A DNA stretch of 64,000 nt from positions 56,420,001 through 56,484,000 of the forward strand of contig NC_134478.1 in the NCBI RefSeq assembly GCF_964194025.1, written 5' to 3'. Below the pieces are notes generated by a model that saw nothing but the letters and a program-made list of their open reading frames with translations, was not told the DNA's origin and ran no database searches. The translations under genes and the position numbers were made by a program. Positions within the stretch are counted from its first letter, which is position 1. Every line of letters begins with the position of its first letter. Source of the DNA: Convolutriloba macropyga (Eukaryota). Shown piece after piece: positions 49,654 through 61,675 of this stretch.

Positions 49654-49827
49654 TTCTTTTTTTTTGCGAACCGAATGTCCTTCCAAGAAATCTGACTGTG
49701 TATTACATTTCTTGGGTCCCCCGACAACTCCTTCAATGTTATTCTTTGGAAGGAATTGTCGAGGGACTCAAGAAATGTAATACATGGCCAGATTTCTTGG
49801 AAGGACATTCGATTCGCAAAAAAAGAA
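49654..49827. repeat. ~175-bp foldback hairpin (~80-bp arms, ~14-nt loop)
   Basis: TTTTTTGCGAACCGAATGTCCTTCCAAGAAATCTG...CTCCTTC pairs with GAAGGAATTG...CAGATTTCTTGGAAGGACATTCGATTCGCAAAAAA. The arm differences I found are transitions. Confidence 0.9.
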
Positions 49828-50309
49828 CAAAACGGTTTTCATACAAATAAAACAAATAACGCTTTTTGAGTAAAAAACAACTTTTTGCGTAACGTATAGT
49901 TTACATGAGCTCTTATGACAAAAAATTAGCAAGTTTCAGTCTATTTCTTGTTTGTGAAGAAGCTGGTTTCAAAGATAATAGAAATTCATTTGTATAATAA
50001 GCAGCTCTGTTGTTCAGCAAATTTGTTTTCGGTATGATTAAATATTACAAAATCACATCTATAGAACTGTCATATTTTTTTCTGCTATTTCTGCCGAAGC
50101 ATATTTTTTCAGCCGAGTTGAGTTATGATAGAGAGGGAAATTTTTATTTTAGTCTTAGTTGGCAGAATTACTGCTGGGTATTGCCGATAATTCAATAAAA
50201 AACGAACTATAAATATTTTTCATCTTGTTAGGAACACAGTTTCGTAAACTATAAAAAGTCTTCATTTTAACTGGTGAATTGGTTTAATTGAAATGCTTAC
50301 AAGAAATTG

Positions 50310-50960
50310 ATGATGCTGATTCCAAGAACTTCTTGTTTTTATCAATCTTTTTGTTATGCAATAGAATCAAAGTTTGCTCGGCATATTGAATTAACTGTCA
50401 GTTTGAATGAATGAAATTATTTATATCATTAACGTATAAATTGAAGAACAGGTGACCCATTTTAGTTCCCTGCGGATCACCTCTATCCGATTTTATACAA
50501 TCGGAAAAAATAATTTTTTCAATGAAATTTTTGGTATCAATGAGAGAAATGGCCGCCAATATGTCTAGATTTTTCTTCAAAACTATGAATTATTTCCCCG
50601 AGTAAAACAATGTGATCAATTGAATCAAAATCATTTGAGAGATCTAAGAAAGCTGCAACAACATTTTCTTTTACATTCAGAAAATTTGGCTAACAATCTT
50701 GTTGCATACAATTAATCATTTATATGGTCACCTCAGAGCATTTTAAAATTTTTTTGATTGAGAACGTGCACATGCTATTGAAGTTGGCCGGTACCTAATT
50801 AAATCTTCAGCTGAGTTTCCTAAATGCGTGAAAGGCTTAGTAATTTATGCGCTTATGGGAATTTTAGTGTTTTTATGATAGTATTGAAAAGAAAGCATAA
50901 TGGTAGATAAAGGATCCCAGTGTTTATTTGGATTTAAATTAAGAAATTTTTGTTTCACAC
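50310..50960 (-). pseudogene. Degenerate LINE (CR1/L2-like) reverse-transcriptase fragment
   Basis: Minus-strand motifs in the correct order: LNPNK, VAAFLDLSNDFDSIDH (FLDLSKAFD.IDH), GDPQGTKMGHLFFNLYVNDI (GVPQG..LGPL.FNLYVND), LIQYAEQT (QYADDT), VLGISI. Confidence 0.8.
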
Positions 50961-51221
50961 TCATCAAATTTATTCCTTTATTCCTTTCTGAAGCAAAAAG
51001 ATTTCCAGAAAAACCATAAAAGTTTTTGACTATGTTGATTTTGCTGAATAAATTATCACTTGAGAATAACTTTTCCAACGCGCGAACGGAGAGAAATAAA
51101 ACTTCAAGAAAGTTCAGTTGGAGAGCCTTTCATTGATATTATTATTCCCACTCTCCTTAACATACGGGTCTACAATTGTTTGTTCATAAAAAATTCCGGC
51201 TTCAGTTCTAGATTTATTGTG

Positions 51222-54200
51222 TCCAACAAGCAACGTAGACAATATAATTACTTCAATGAGTTGCCATGTCTTAATGTTCCACAGTCAATTGTTTAAAACT
51301 TTAAATCTCCGCAACGAAAAACCTTTTCCAAAAAAATAAATGTGAACTTAATTTTCAATATTTAATATGAAGTTGAAGTTTTTAGATATCCTATCTTGTA
51401 TCATTAGTAAAGTAGTTCTTAAAAATGAAAGGCATTTTTGTCAAATTAGTACATTTTTTGTAAATGGACGTCAATTTGCATGTTTTCAGCATGTGAAAAC
51501 TTTTGCTTGCTTCAAGTATGAGAATAGAACAAGCTTTGTAAAAAATTTTTTCATAAAGGTGTTGAGATATGTATTTGTTAAATAATTTCGTAATTTTATA
51601 TATAGTTCTGTGGGTCGTGGAAGGTGTGCGCGGCGATAATGGGAAAAAGGCAAACTAGCGAACAAAAAAATTTTTTTTTGAGAGGTGAGCGAAAAGAGCC
51701 AAAGGAGGACAGCACCTCAACAAAAATCATTGGCCGCTTTTTAAGGAATCAAATGAGGCAACAATTCAAAGTGAACATGCATTACACCGAGTGCAAAAAA
51801 AAACAATTTTTTCGGGCCTTTGTGTATAAACTTACAAAAACTCATTTTTACGGTTCTAATCAATTATTAAATATGAACAATTGAAATTTGCCGTTATTGT
51901 ATCTTTTTTCTCTTTAATTGAGGTCGATTCTTAAGCTGTATACTGAGTAATGGTTTTAATTCTATTCAAATAATAGTTTCACACTATAACAAAACGTTAA
52001 TCACTTAGTTGGCGGTTCGTTCGAACTAAAAAAAGGCAATTTTTATTTAAAAAATTAAGAACTGTTCTTGTTCGGCTATTCTTTTGAATACGTAGAAGTC
52101 AGACATAAATTGGCCCAAATTTTTTTTTTTTCATGTTTTTTAATCAAAATTCTGTCAATGAATGTTTACAACTTAATTCGGAAATCGTTGATTTTATGTG
52201 AAATGGTGGTTATTCTATTTTTTCAATTTTCGTTTTTGTAGGGAGTTATCGAGGTTTGAAGCTCTGTGAATATTAGATGTATTTCAGACATTTTGATTCA
52301 CTTTTTTGTATTTTTGACATTATTTTTGTCAATATTGGAAAAGTTTGTTAAAATTGTTCATTGTAGTGTTATTAATTTTATCTCTAAAGATAGGGATGAA
52401 TTGCTGAATTGTTCGATCCGAGTTATTTTTTAGGAGGTATCTCAGTTATTTTTTAGGAGGTATAGATGATCTCTGACACTTCTTTCAGTTGTTATCTAAT
52501 GTCTGTTATGAATTTCAATATATTTGTTTCAAGAAAAAATCGGTTGATTATTGAAATTTGCCGTTATTTTATCTTTTTTCTCTCAACTTCGGGCACAATC
52601 TCAGTAAAAACAGGCAGATTCCAAATTTGCGTGGGCTCTATATAAATGTCAGTAATGGTTTCATGTTCAACTAATGGTCTCGTTGTTTTGATACGCCTTT
52701 TCAATTATTTCTAACTTTTGGGTGAATTTTGTTTCCTTATCAAATTATCGAATTATTGACAAGTCCAATTTAAGCAAAGCATAACAGGACAGACGCCTTC
52801 AATGTTGGAAAAACGCGTAGCTGAATAATTAATTGTTTTTGTTATATAGTTTATACTTTTTGGTCTGAGACACAGTTTTCTCGCAAAATTTTTAGGAATT
52901 TTTTGTTTTTGCATATGTATTTCTTTCATTGTGTTGTTATTCGCCATATGCTTAAAGAGGATAGGTGTCAATTGCATCTAATGGACGTAAAACTCAACCT
53001 AATTAAAGATTAAAGATTTCAGTTCACAGATGTTTGTTTTATTGACATTAAACTTGAAAAAAATTTATTTCATTAGTATAATTTTTGCTTTCATTTTGGT
53101 AACCATGTAACTCAATCCCACAAATAAGTATTCTTAATTACTTTTTTGATTCAAATTTTTATTTCTGCGCTTGGTTTTACGTTGCGGCTGATTGTTTCGA
53201 CCATAAATTTCAAATTATTTTCGAGATTTAAACTTTAAATTTTCTGGGTTTCTCTTTGTTTTCATGTCTACGTAATCCTTTTTATAAGGAACACTCTTTG
53301 ATGTTAAAATGATGAAAAACTGACAATTTACAGTTCTTGCAGGTAACATTTTATTTTTATAGTGCCATGAAGAGTGTGATCTCGTAAAATTGTTTGAAGT
53401 TTTGGCTTCTTTATATATTTCTTGTTATTTTGTGGAGTCGTGACTTAGTCTCATTATTAACAGGCCCAATTAGCTTCCAGAGGTATTGCAACCTAATCTA
53501 TCGCTGTTTGTCGAAATTTTAACGCTCTTTTGACTTTTGAAAATTGTTGGTTTTTCGTCATTTTTTAAAATTATTTGTCAGTCGATTTGTAGCTCACTCT
53601 CTGTAAATACAGTTCACAACCCGTTTCCACCGAGCTATAATTTAATCTCTAATACCGTTTTAGCTTCCAACAATTGTTTCGCGGATTTTTTTTACTATTG
53701 TTACTACAAGATTTGATTAGATATTCGAGATTTTTTATATTTGTACATTTTATGTTATTTTTGTTTTCTATTTAATTTATAACAATAATCGTAGGTCCCA
53801 TCGGTTTTGACGTTTTTCGCAGTTGATCCTTCGATAATGAAATTTCTCAATTGCTTCCTATAAAGATATAAATGATTTTTTAAGGGATTTTTTGAAATTG
53901 TTTCCTTTCAAAAATAGAAACGTATTTTTGATTGTCGCACGTCTTTGCTCTTTTTTGTCGACCTATTAACCAGTCGCATTGTTGACAGGTCCCATATTTT
54001 TTAATTATGTATAGGTTAATATGTTTTTTTAGGTTTCATCGGATGCGCGTTTGATTTTTTTTATGATTTTCTTTAATGTAGAAATCGAGTTTTGGTCGTA
54101 AATAGTGTTTGTTGTTCGATGTTTATTATTGTCCTCTCTACTAGTCCTTTTATCGATAACGTTCATCGGTTCTCTAGGGTGGCATAATTGCAATCCATTG

Positions 54201-56416
54201 GTGATTTATGAAACAATATGTATGTTTTTGAAAGTTTTCTATCTCTTCGTCATTTGGTAGCCAATTAAGTCAAGAATGCGGATGAGTGTGGTCGGAACAC
54301 AATGTGCGCACGCACATTAACGAGCCTCCTTATTTTATTTCTTGACAAAACTCGGTAACTGTGTTTAATTGAGGTCGATTCTTCAGCTGTATACTGAGCA
54401 ATGGTTAATAATTTTGTTCCGATAATAGTTTCACATTAAAACCAAACGTTAAGCACTTAGTTGGCAGTTCATATGATTTAAAATATGTAACTTTTTTTTA
54501 AAAAAAATCAGCATTGTTCATGTTTGGCTGTTCATTTTAATACGCAAAAGTCAGACATAAATTGGCTAAATTTTTGTTTTCATGTATTTTATTAAAATTT
54601 TATCCCAACGAATGTTTGTAACTTGTTCGGAACTCGTTGAGTTTTTGTGAAATGGTAGTTATTCTACATCTGGAGGCTTTTCAAAGAATTATTTGTCTAC
54701 ATATGTTGTCTGATTTTATTTCCGGAAAATATTTTTTTCGTTCTTCTTTTCCACTCTATTTGCAAGCAGCCTGCACCTTTTAGATTATGTTTCGCATCTG
54801 TTTATTTTTCCACAGATCTGTGCAGTGCCAGTTTCTAAATTGCCAAATTTTTTTCTATACAAATCCGCATTTCCGAACCTGTAATTTTCATTTTAAACAA
54901 GGTGACTTTGCTAAGTATAGGATACGTATCCTTTACTTAGCAAAGTCACCTTGTTTAAAATGAAAATTACAGGTTCCGAAATGCGGAACTGTATAAAAGA
55001 AAATGTGGCAATTTAGAATCTGGCAGTGCACAGATTTATGGCTAAATGTTATAAGGCCAATAAGCCCGGAAATTCGAGGTTCTTTTGTTATCATGCAGAT
55101 TCTATAGTAATTGATATCTGGAGCGGCGTTTAGTTTTATCGATGCATGTTATCGCTAAAACTAACGTCGCTCCAGAGAGCTCTTGATGTATTAACTGTAT
55201 ATAGACGCTGCATGAAATTAAAACAGATGCGAAACATAATTTAAAAAGTGCAGGCCTCTTGCAATTTGAGTGTAAAAGAAGAACGAAATAATTTTATTTT
55301 CCGGAACAAAATCAGACAACATATGGAGACAAATAATTCTTTGAAAAGCCTCCAAAAATAGAATAACTACCATTTCACATAAACTCAACGAGTTTTTAAT
55401 TAAGTAAACATTCATTGACAGAAATTTGATTAAAAAACATGAAAACAAAAGTTGGGGCAATTTATGTCTGACTTCTACGTATTCAAAAAAATAGCCGTAC
55501 ATCAACAATTCTTATTTTTTTTAAAAAAATTACCTATTTTAATGCAAATGAACTGCCAACTAAGTGATTGACGTTTTGTCATAGTGTGAAACTAGTATTT
55601 GAAAAGAAATATCAACCATTGCTCAGTACACAGCTTAAGAATCAACCTCAATTAAAAACATTTACCGAGTTTTGTCACGAAATAAAACGATGCTTTACAA
55701 TGCAATTGAAAACTTGTAAGAATCCTACAATTATAGTTATTTTCTATTAAAGTCAACTGTTCATATTTAATGGTTGATTAGAAATATAAAAATGACTTGA
55801 ATTTTTGTAAGTTTGTACACAAAAGCCCGAAAAAAAATGTTTTTCTGCACTCGGTGTAATGAATGTTCACTTTGAATTGTTGCCTCAATTGATTCCTCAA
55901 AAAGCGGTCAATGATGTTTGTTGAGGTGTTGTCCCCCTTTGGCTCATTTCGCTCACCTCTCAAAAAATAAATTTTTGTTCGTTAGTTTGCCATTTTCCCG
56001 TTATAGCCGCCCACCCCTAACACGGCCCACGAAACTATATATAAATTTACGAAATTATTTGGTAAATACATATATCAATACCTTTTTGAATTTTTTTATA
56101 AAGCTTGTTCTATTCTCATACTTGAAGCAGGCGAAAGTTTTAACATGCTGAAAACATGCAAACTGACGTCTATTTACAAAAAATGTACTAATTTGACAAA
56201 ATTGCCTTTTATTTTTAAGAACTAATGATACTAATGATGCAAGATAGGAGATCTAAAAACTTCAACTTCATATTAAATATTGAAAATTAAGTTCACATTT
56301 ATTTTTTTGGAAAAGGTTTTTCGTTGCACAGATTTAAAGTTTTAAACAATTGACTGTGGAACATTAAGACATGGCAACACATTGAAGTAATTATATTGTC
56401 TATGTTGCTTGTTGGA
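51222..56416. mobile_element. ~5.2-kb nested foldback/palindromic element inside the gene B intron
   Basis: Outer arms 51222-~51885 and ~55752-56416 are inverted copies. Inner arms ~54335-54925 and 54926-~55690 are inverted about a spacer-less centre GGATAC|GTATCC (54925/54926). 51915-52220 is a direct copy of 54365-54665. Confidence 0.88.
52220..54335 (+). repeat. Diverged copy of the 1425-4352 repeat inside the left arm of the palindrome
   Basis: Collinear blocks as listed for 1425-4352; absent from the right arm. Confidence 0.8.
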
Positions 56417-57197
56417 ATTTGGCTGGATCTAAAACAACTGTCCTAGAATTTGGGCTGGAACTAAAACATACGTCCTGGATGTGGCTGGACAATTAAATAT
56501 TTCATGGAATTACGCTTGCGACCATTATAGTGACTTGTTTTCAATTTTCTGCAAAATTACGGACATTAAGCGTAACTGGTTAAGCATTGGGTAAGATTGG
56601 AGAAGGTGACGAAATCGAACCCAGATGTTGTGGGAACTTTTTAGGTTTGCCTCATTTTTGCATATGAAAAGAATTTGGCTGGACTTATGGAAAGACTTCG
56701 CCTCGAATTTATTTAGTGTCCTCGCCCGTGCAATTTAATTCCAAATTAAGTATCAAAATTTATCGCCCAACCTGAGTTAATAGGTCTTTTCATAAGTTCC
56801 AGGTCTCGACTAGGGACGTGACTCTGCTTGAAATCACCGAGAACTTCTATCCAAAGCGGCGTAGAATTTTGAGATGTTACGCCAGATGTTAACCCAGGAT
56901 TTCACAGCAAAACTTGAGTTAGGCTACCCCCCACGGTGCCGAGGTTTAACCCTTAATCCACGTCTAATTAGATGGGATTAGTATGCGATGCCCATTCCGC
57001 CCGTATAAAATGGATAAAAGAGTGAAAGAGTGCAATAATAAATATACGCTTGTATCTTCACTTTTTTTCCCGTTATGTTTTGGGCGAAATCTTTTGCCCT
57101 GGCAAAATTTTTGGGTAAAATCCTAAATAGCAATACAGTCTATGAAAATTGAAAAATCCAAAATTACTAAATATTGATTCTTTGAGTTTTTTTGCAG

Positions 57198-57348
57198 TGG
57201 AAATTTCTGTCTTCTTCGATTCTATTCGGAGGCAATGGTTTCAATGAGACCCAGCCCTAACACCTCCGACATCAGAGTGATGGAAAAGATTGCACGTGAC
57301 ACCCACAAAATGATCAACTGGTACAGCTTCAATTCTTATCAAGGTTAG
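57198..57348 (+). CDS. Secreted peptide gene B, exon 2, terminal (GNFCLLRFYSEAMVSMRPSPNTSDIRVMEKIARDTHKMINWYSFNSYQG*)
   Basis: Strong acceptor TTTTTTTGCAG at 57197; phase 2 (AG+T=Ser). Homologous to gene A exon 3. Stop TAG at 57346-57348, AATAAA at 57454. Confidence 0.82.
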
Positions 57349-59220
57349 ACAGTTAACTGGGCACCTCAATCTAGTTCAAAGTGAGCTGAACGAAAAGATA
57401 TTGCCCAAAAAAAATTCCGACGAAACCCAACATAAATTTTTGATTTAAACCCAAATAAATTCAAAATTTTCCACCGTAAATCATACAAAAAATCGCGTAT
57501 TTTACCCCATTTCTCGTGAAAAACCCAAAAGCCCCTTCACTCGGTAAATTGTGTAAAGTTCAATGATTTTCTCGGAAATAACTATAGCATTTTTTTAAGT
57601 GAAGCACTCGATAAATCACGTGCCAAGCGCACTATTTTTTGCATTTTTGATTAAAAAATTAGTGTGAAAACCACAAAGATTTTTGCATGAAAAAAAGCGA
57701 TAAGTGAACCATTTTTGGAATAAAATTTGGCCTGGACACTGGAGTGTTTTAGAGCTTATTATCAGTTATATTTGTGTTCTTGTTCCCTTTATGGCCAAAT
57801 AAAGCTAAAAACATGAAAGTTTTTTTTCTATCGATTCGTTTGTGTTTAAGCTCTTATTCTGACCGCGAGAACGTACGTTTGCTTCAATTTCGACAGTATG
57901 TCCGACAGCCGTTCAGAAAAATTGCATATTTTGACCCAATTTTTTAATGCTAAAACGGACACACGATAAATAAATAATTTTCAACGATTCGTCAAAACCG
58001 ATTGGCACGATTTAACTTGTGGTCCTAGCCATACAATTTTTTGAGTAAATCAAACAATAAATCAGGCTAAAACGCAATTTTTGCGTGTTTTTGTAATATT
58101 TTTGTTTGGAAAATTACACCATTTTTGTTTTAATACGCACGATTTTCAGACAAATCATTAAAAACAGAACTTGCTTGTATTTGACCTAATTTGGCGATTA
58201 TTGGATCAGAAATCATGCATAAATAACAATAAGGTCAAAAACAGACTCACTTTTCAGGAGATACACTTTCGATAGTGTGTCTTTAATCACCGCAATCTGA
58301 TAGTTTCGTTTGAAGAAGAACTTGGGCACAAACTCTTGAAATTTTGGCCACAAAACAAAAAGGGTGTCTCAGAAAGCGTCATTTATACCCAAAAACTCAT
58401 AAAGATTGCTCAAAACTGCTTTCATTTAGGTTTAATTTAGCTGGCCTATTTTACTCAACTTTTTTAAGTTTTTGAGTGAAAATACTGGTTCCAAGCACTG
58501 CGTTACAGAAAATGTGTGGAAACGATCATTCTGTGGATCGAGGCATTTTTGGCACTTTACTCTCTCACAAAAAGTGCGCAATGTTTGCATACATTTTCCA
58601 TAAAAATTACGATGAGCTTCTGTTTCAGATTTTTTTTGCTTCTTTGTCTCCTTCGGCGCAGAGGTGAATTGGTTTCATCTTAATTGTTTTTCAAGACTAA
58701 AAAGAAAATTTTATACAAACAATATGAAACCAGAGAAAGTCTTTTTCCACAGGTTCTTTGGAACTGTCAAACTATCAACTTTTAATTCTCGACAAATTGT
58801 AACACTCAGGAGGCCAAATTATCTCAACTTAAACCGAAAGACTTAAATCGAGATGTTCCCAATGACCTTGGGAACTCAAGAAAAGCATGACATTTGCTGA
58901 TGATTAAAACTACCGCCAAAAACCTGAGAGTTACTCTTTCCCAAAAACATCTGACAAGAAGTCGCAACCAAATATGAGCAACCAAAGGTCTAGAATATAT
59001 GTTTCAGTACATAAATTGGAGACCTACCTCAGTGATTAAGAAACATAGTCTACCTTCTGAAACGGAATATTTTTAAAACAAAGAGGGTGACATCACCCCC
59101 CCCCCCCCAAGGACAAAGAGACAAAGAAACCGTACCAAGTGTCCGAATTCAATGGGTTGTTAGACCAATACTGATCACGACGAAGACAATCAGCAGCAAA
59201 AAAAGCCCCCCAAGACGATT

Positions 59221-59365
59221 TTTTTTGGTCTCAGACGTCACCAAAGACGAGGAGATTTTCTTCAAGGGTTCCAGATGTCACCCGACCAAGAAGGCCTGAC
59301 TTTTTTTTGGTTGCAGACGTCACCAAGAGATGATCGCCCGAGGTTCCAGACGTCACCTCAGAAGT
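59221..59365 (+). repeat. Four ~40-bp-spaced copies of GGT(C/T)(T/C/G)CAGA(C/T)GTCACC
   Basis: Copies near 59227, 59267, 59309 and 59342. A related cluster lies at 61527-61675. Confidence 0.7.
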
Positions 59366-59619
59366 CCCTTCCCCGGTTAGACGTATCAAAAAAAAACTTG
59401 AATTTTTTTGCGACAAAAATCTCAAAAACATGAAAATTGTCCCCCAGCGAGCTTTTGTCGATGCTTTATGAAAGAAATAGCCATGAGAAACCACATGTCA
59501 GCAATTAGCAGCAAAAAAAACACATAGATTGTACGAAAAAAAACGATATAGCCTTTTTTGGATCAGAAAAATTCAAAAACATTTTTCTGAATTTGTCGCA
59601 AAAAATCTACATAACAGTA

Positions 59620-61260
59620 AAATTAGTAGTCGAATAGAACACCTCAGTTGGGCCCTAAATTGACTTTTTTAAAGTCTAGTTGTTTATGTAAAATTTTTGC
59701 ACAAAAAACGAAAAAGTCGCTAAAGTGCTTTTTTGAGGGTCAAAAATCAAAAAACGTTATCCCAACATTTTAATGGAAAATTTTTAATAAATCCAAGAAA
59801 ACCTATTGATTGGGCCCCCTCAGTTTGCTATAATACAAGTTTTAAAGTTAGTTTATGGACTTTGCTTTTTAGCAAAGAGACAACGAGAATTTGGCAAAAA
59901 TTGCTTCTTTGACTTTAAAAATTCAAAAAACGTTTTCTTGACGTTATGATATAAACTATTAGTAGATCCAAGGAAACATATTGATTGCGCCCCCTCAGTT
60001 CGTTATAATACAAGTTTTAAAGTTAGTTTTTGGACTTTGCTTTTTAGCAAAGAGACAACGAGAATTTGGCAAAAATTGAATCTTTGACTTTAAAAATTCA
60101 AAAAACGTTTTCTTGACGTTATGATATAAACTATTAGTAGATCCAAGAAAACCTATTGATTGGCCCCCTCAGTTTGTTATTATACCAGTTTTAAAGTTAG
60201 TTTATGGGTTTTGCACTTTAACAAAGAGCCAACTAGAATTTGGCAAAAATTGCATTTTTGACTTTAAAAATTCAAAAAACGTTTTCTTTACGTTATGATA
60301 TAAACAATTAGTAGGTTCAAAAAACCTATTGATTGGGCCCCCTCAATTTGTTATTATACCAGTTTTAAAGTTAGTTTATGGGTTTTGCGCTTTAACAAAG
60401 AGGCAACTAGAATTTGGCAAAAATTGCATCTTCGACTTTAAAAATTCAAAACATGTTTTCTTTAAGTTATGATATAAACAATTAGTAGGTTCAAGAAAAC
60501 CTATTGATTGGGCCCCCTCAGTTTGTTGTTATACCGGTTTTAAAGTTAGTTTATGGGTTTTGCACTTTAACAAAGAGGCAACTAGAATTTGGCAAAAATT
60601 GCATCTTTGACTTTAAAAATTCAAAAAACGTTTTCTTTACGTTATGATATAAACAATTAGTAGGTTCAAGAAAACCTATTGATTGGGCCCCCTCAGTTTG
60701 TTATTATACCAGTTTTAAAGTTAGTTTATGGGTTTTGCACTTTAACAAAGAGGCAACTAGAATTTGGCAAAAATTGCATCTTTGACTTTAAAAATTCAAA
60801 AAACGTTTTCTTTACGTTATGATATAAACAATTAGTAGAACCAATAAGACCTACTGATTGGGCTCCCTCAGTCTGCTATAATACAAGTTTCAAACTTAGT
60901 TTATCCATTTTGCATTTCAATAAAGAGGCAACATAAAATTGGCAAATTTGCTTCTTAGACTCAAAAAACTCAAAAAAAAAACTTTTCTTGACGTTTTGAT
61001 AGATACAATTAGTAGATCTAAGAAAACCTTTTCATTGAACCCCCTCAGTTTGTTATAATACAAGCTTCAAAATTATCATTTCGATTTTACTTTTAGAAAA
61101 GAGGCAACATAAAATTGGCAAAATTGCTTCCTTCACTCAAAAGAAAAAAATTAAAAACGTTTTCCGAAAGTTTTGGTTAAAACATTTATTAGTCCCAGAA
61201 AACCTGTTGATCGCACCCCCTCAGTTTATTTCAAAGCAAGCTGATAAATAAATTTTGTCA
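59620..61260 (+). repeat. 175-bp tandem satellite, ~9 units
   Basis: ACCTATTGATT-type anchors at 59801, 59976, 60151, 60324, 60499, 60674, 60849, 61026 and 61202. Central units are near-identical and edge units are diverged. Confidence 0.95.
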
Positions 61261-61526
61261 CTTTTGCAAAACTTTATTCTTAAGAAAACCAGACAATCAC
61301 ATTTTTGCTTTCAATTTGTGCATACTACTAGCCGCGCGCTTAGTTAATGGGGTAGTATGCACTGAAAACAACTTCAAAAAAAACAAAAAAGAGAAAAAAT
61401 TAAGAACATTTTTCTCATTAGATCAAAAGCAAGAAAATCAAAAGCTCGAAATATTTCCGCACTTAAATTTGCTGACACAAATACTTCCTTGAGGATAACT
61501 CAAACGTCTCTTCCTGTTTTGTCCGC

Positions 61527-61675
61527 GGTCTCAGAAGTTGCCGAAAGAAGTCCCTTTGCCCCTCTTTTTGGTCTCAGTAGTCACCAGATAGAAGGAGAGA
61601 GTATTTTTGGTGTCAGTAGTTACCATAGTAGATGATCTTCAAAACTTAGTGTCAGCAGTCACAAGGGCGGAAGAA
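61527..61675 (+). repeat. Four ~40-bp-spaced copies of a GGT(C/G)TCAG(A/T/C)AGT(C/T)AC-like motif
   Basis: Copies near 61527, 61570, 61609 and 61648; related to 59221-59365. Confidence 0.6.

Noticed and set aside
59221-59365. Short repeats with variable spacers resembling a CRISPR array (also 61527-61675)
   Set aside because: Eukaryotic context, degenerate repeats, short spacers and no cas genes.
61608-61620. TGGTGTCAGTAGT as a tRNA-Leu-type primer-binding site for the BEL element
   Set aside because: It is one member of a local 4-copy repeat, the match is short and imperfect, and it does not follow an LTR-like CA end.
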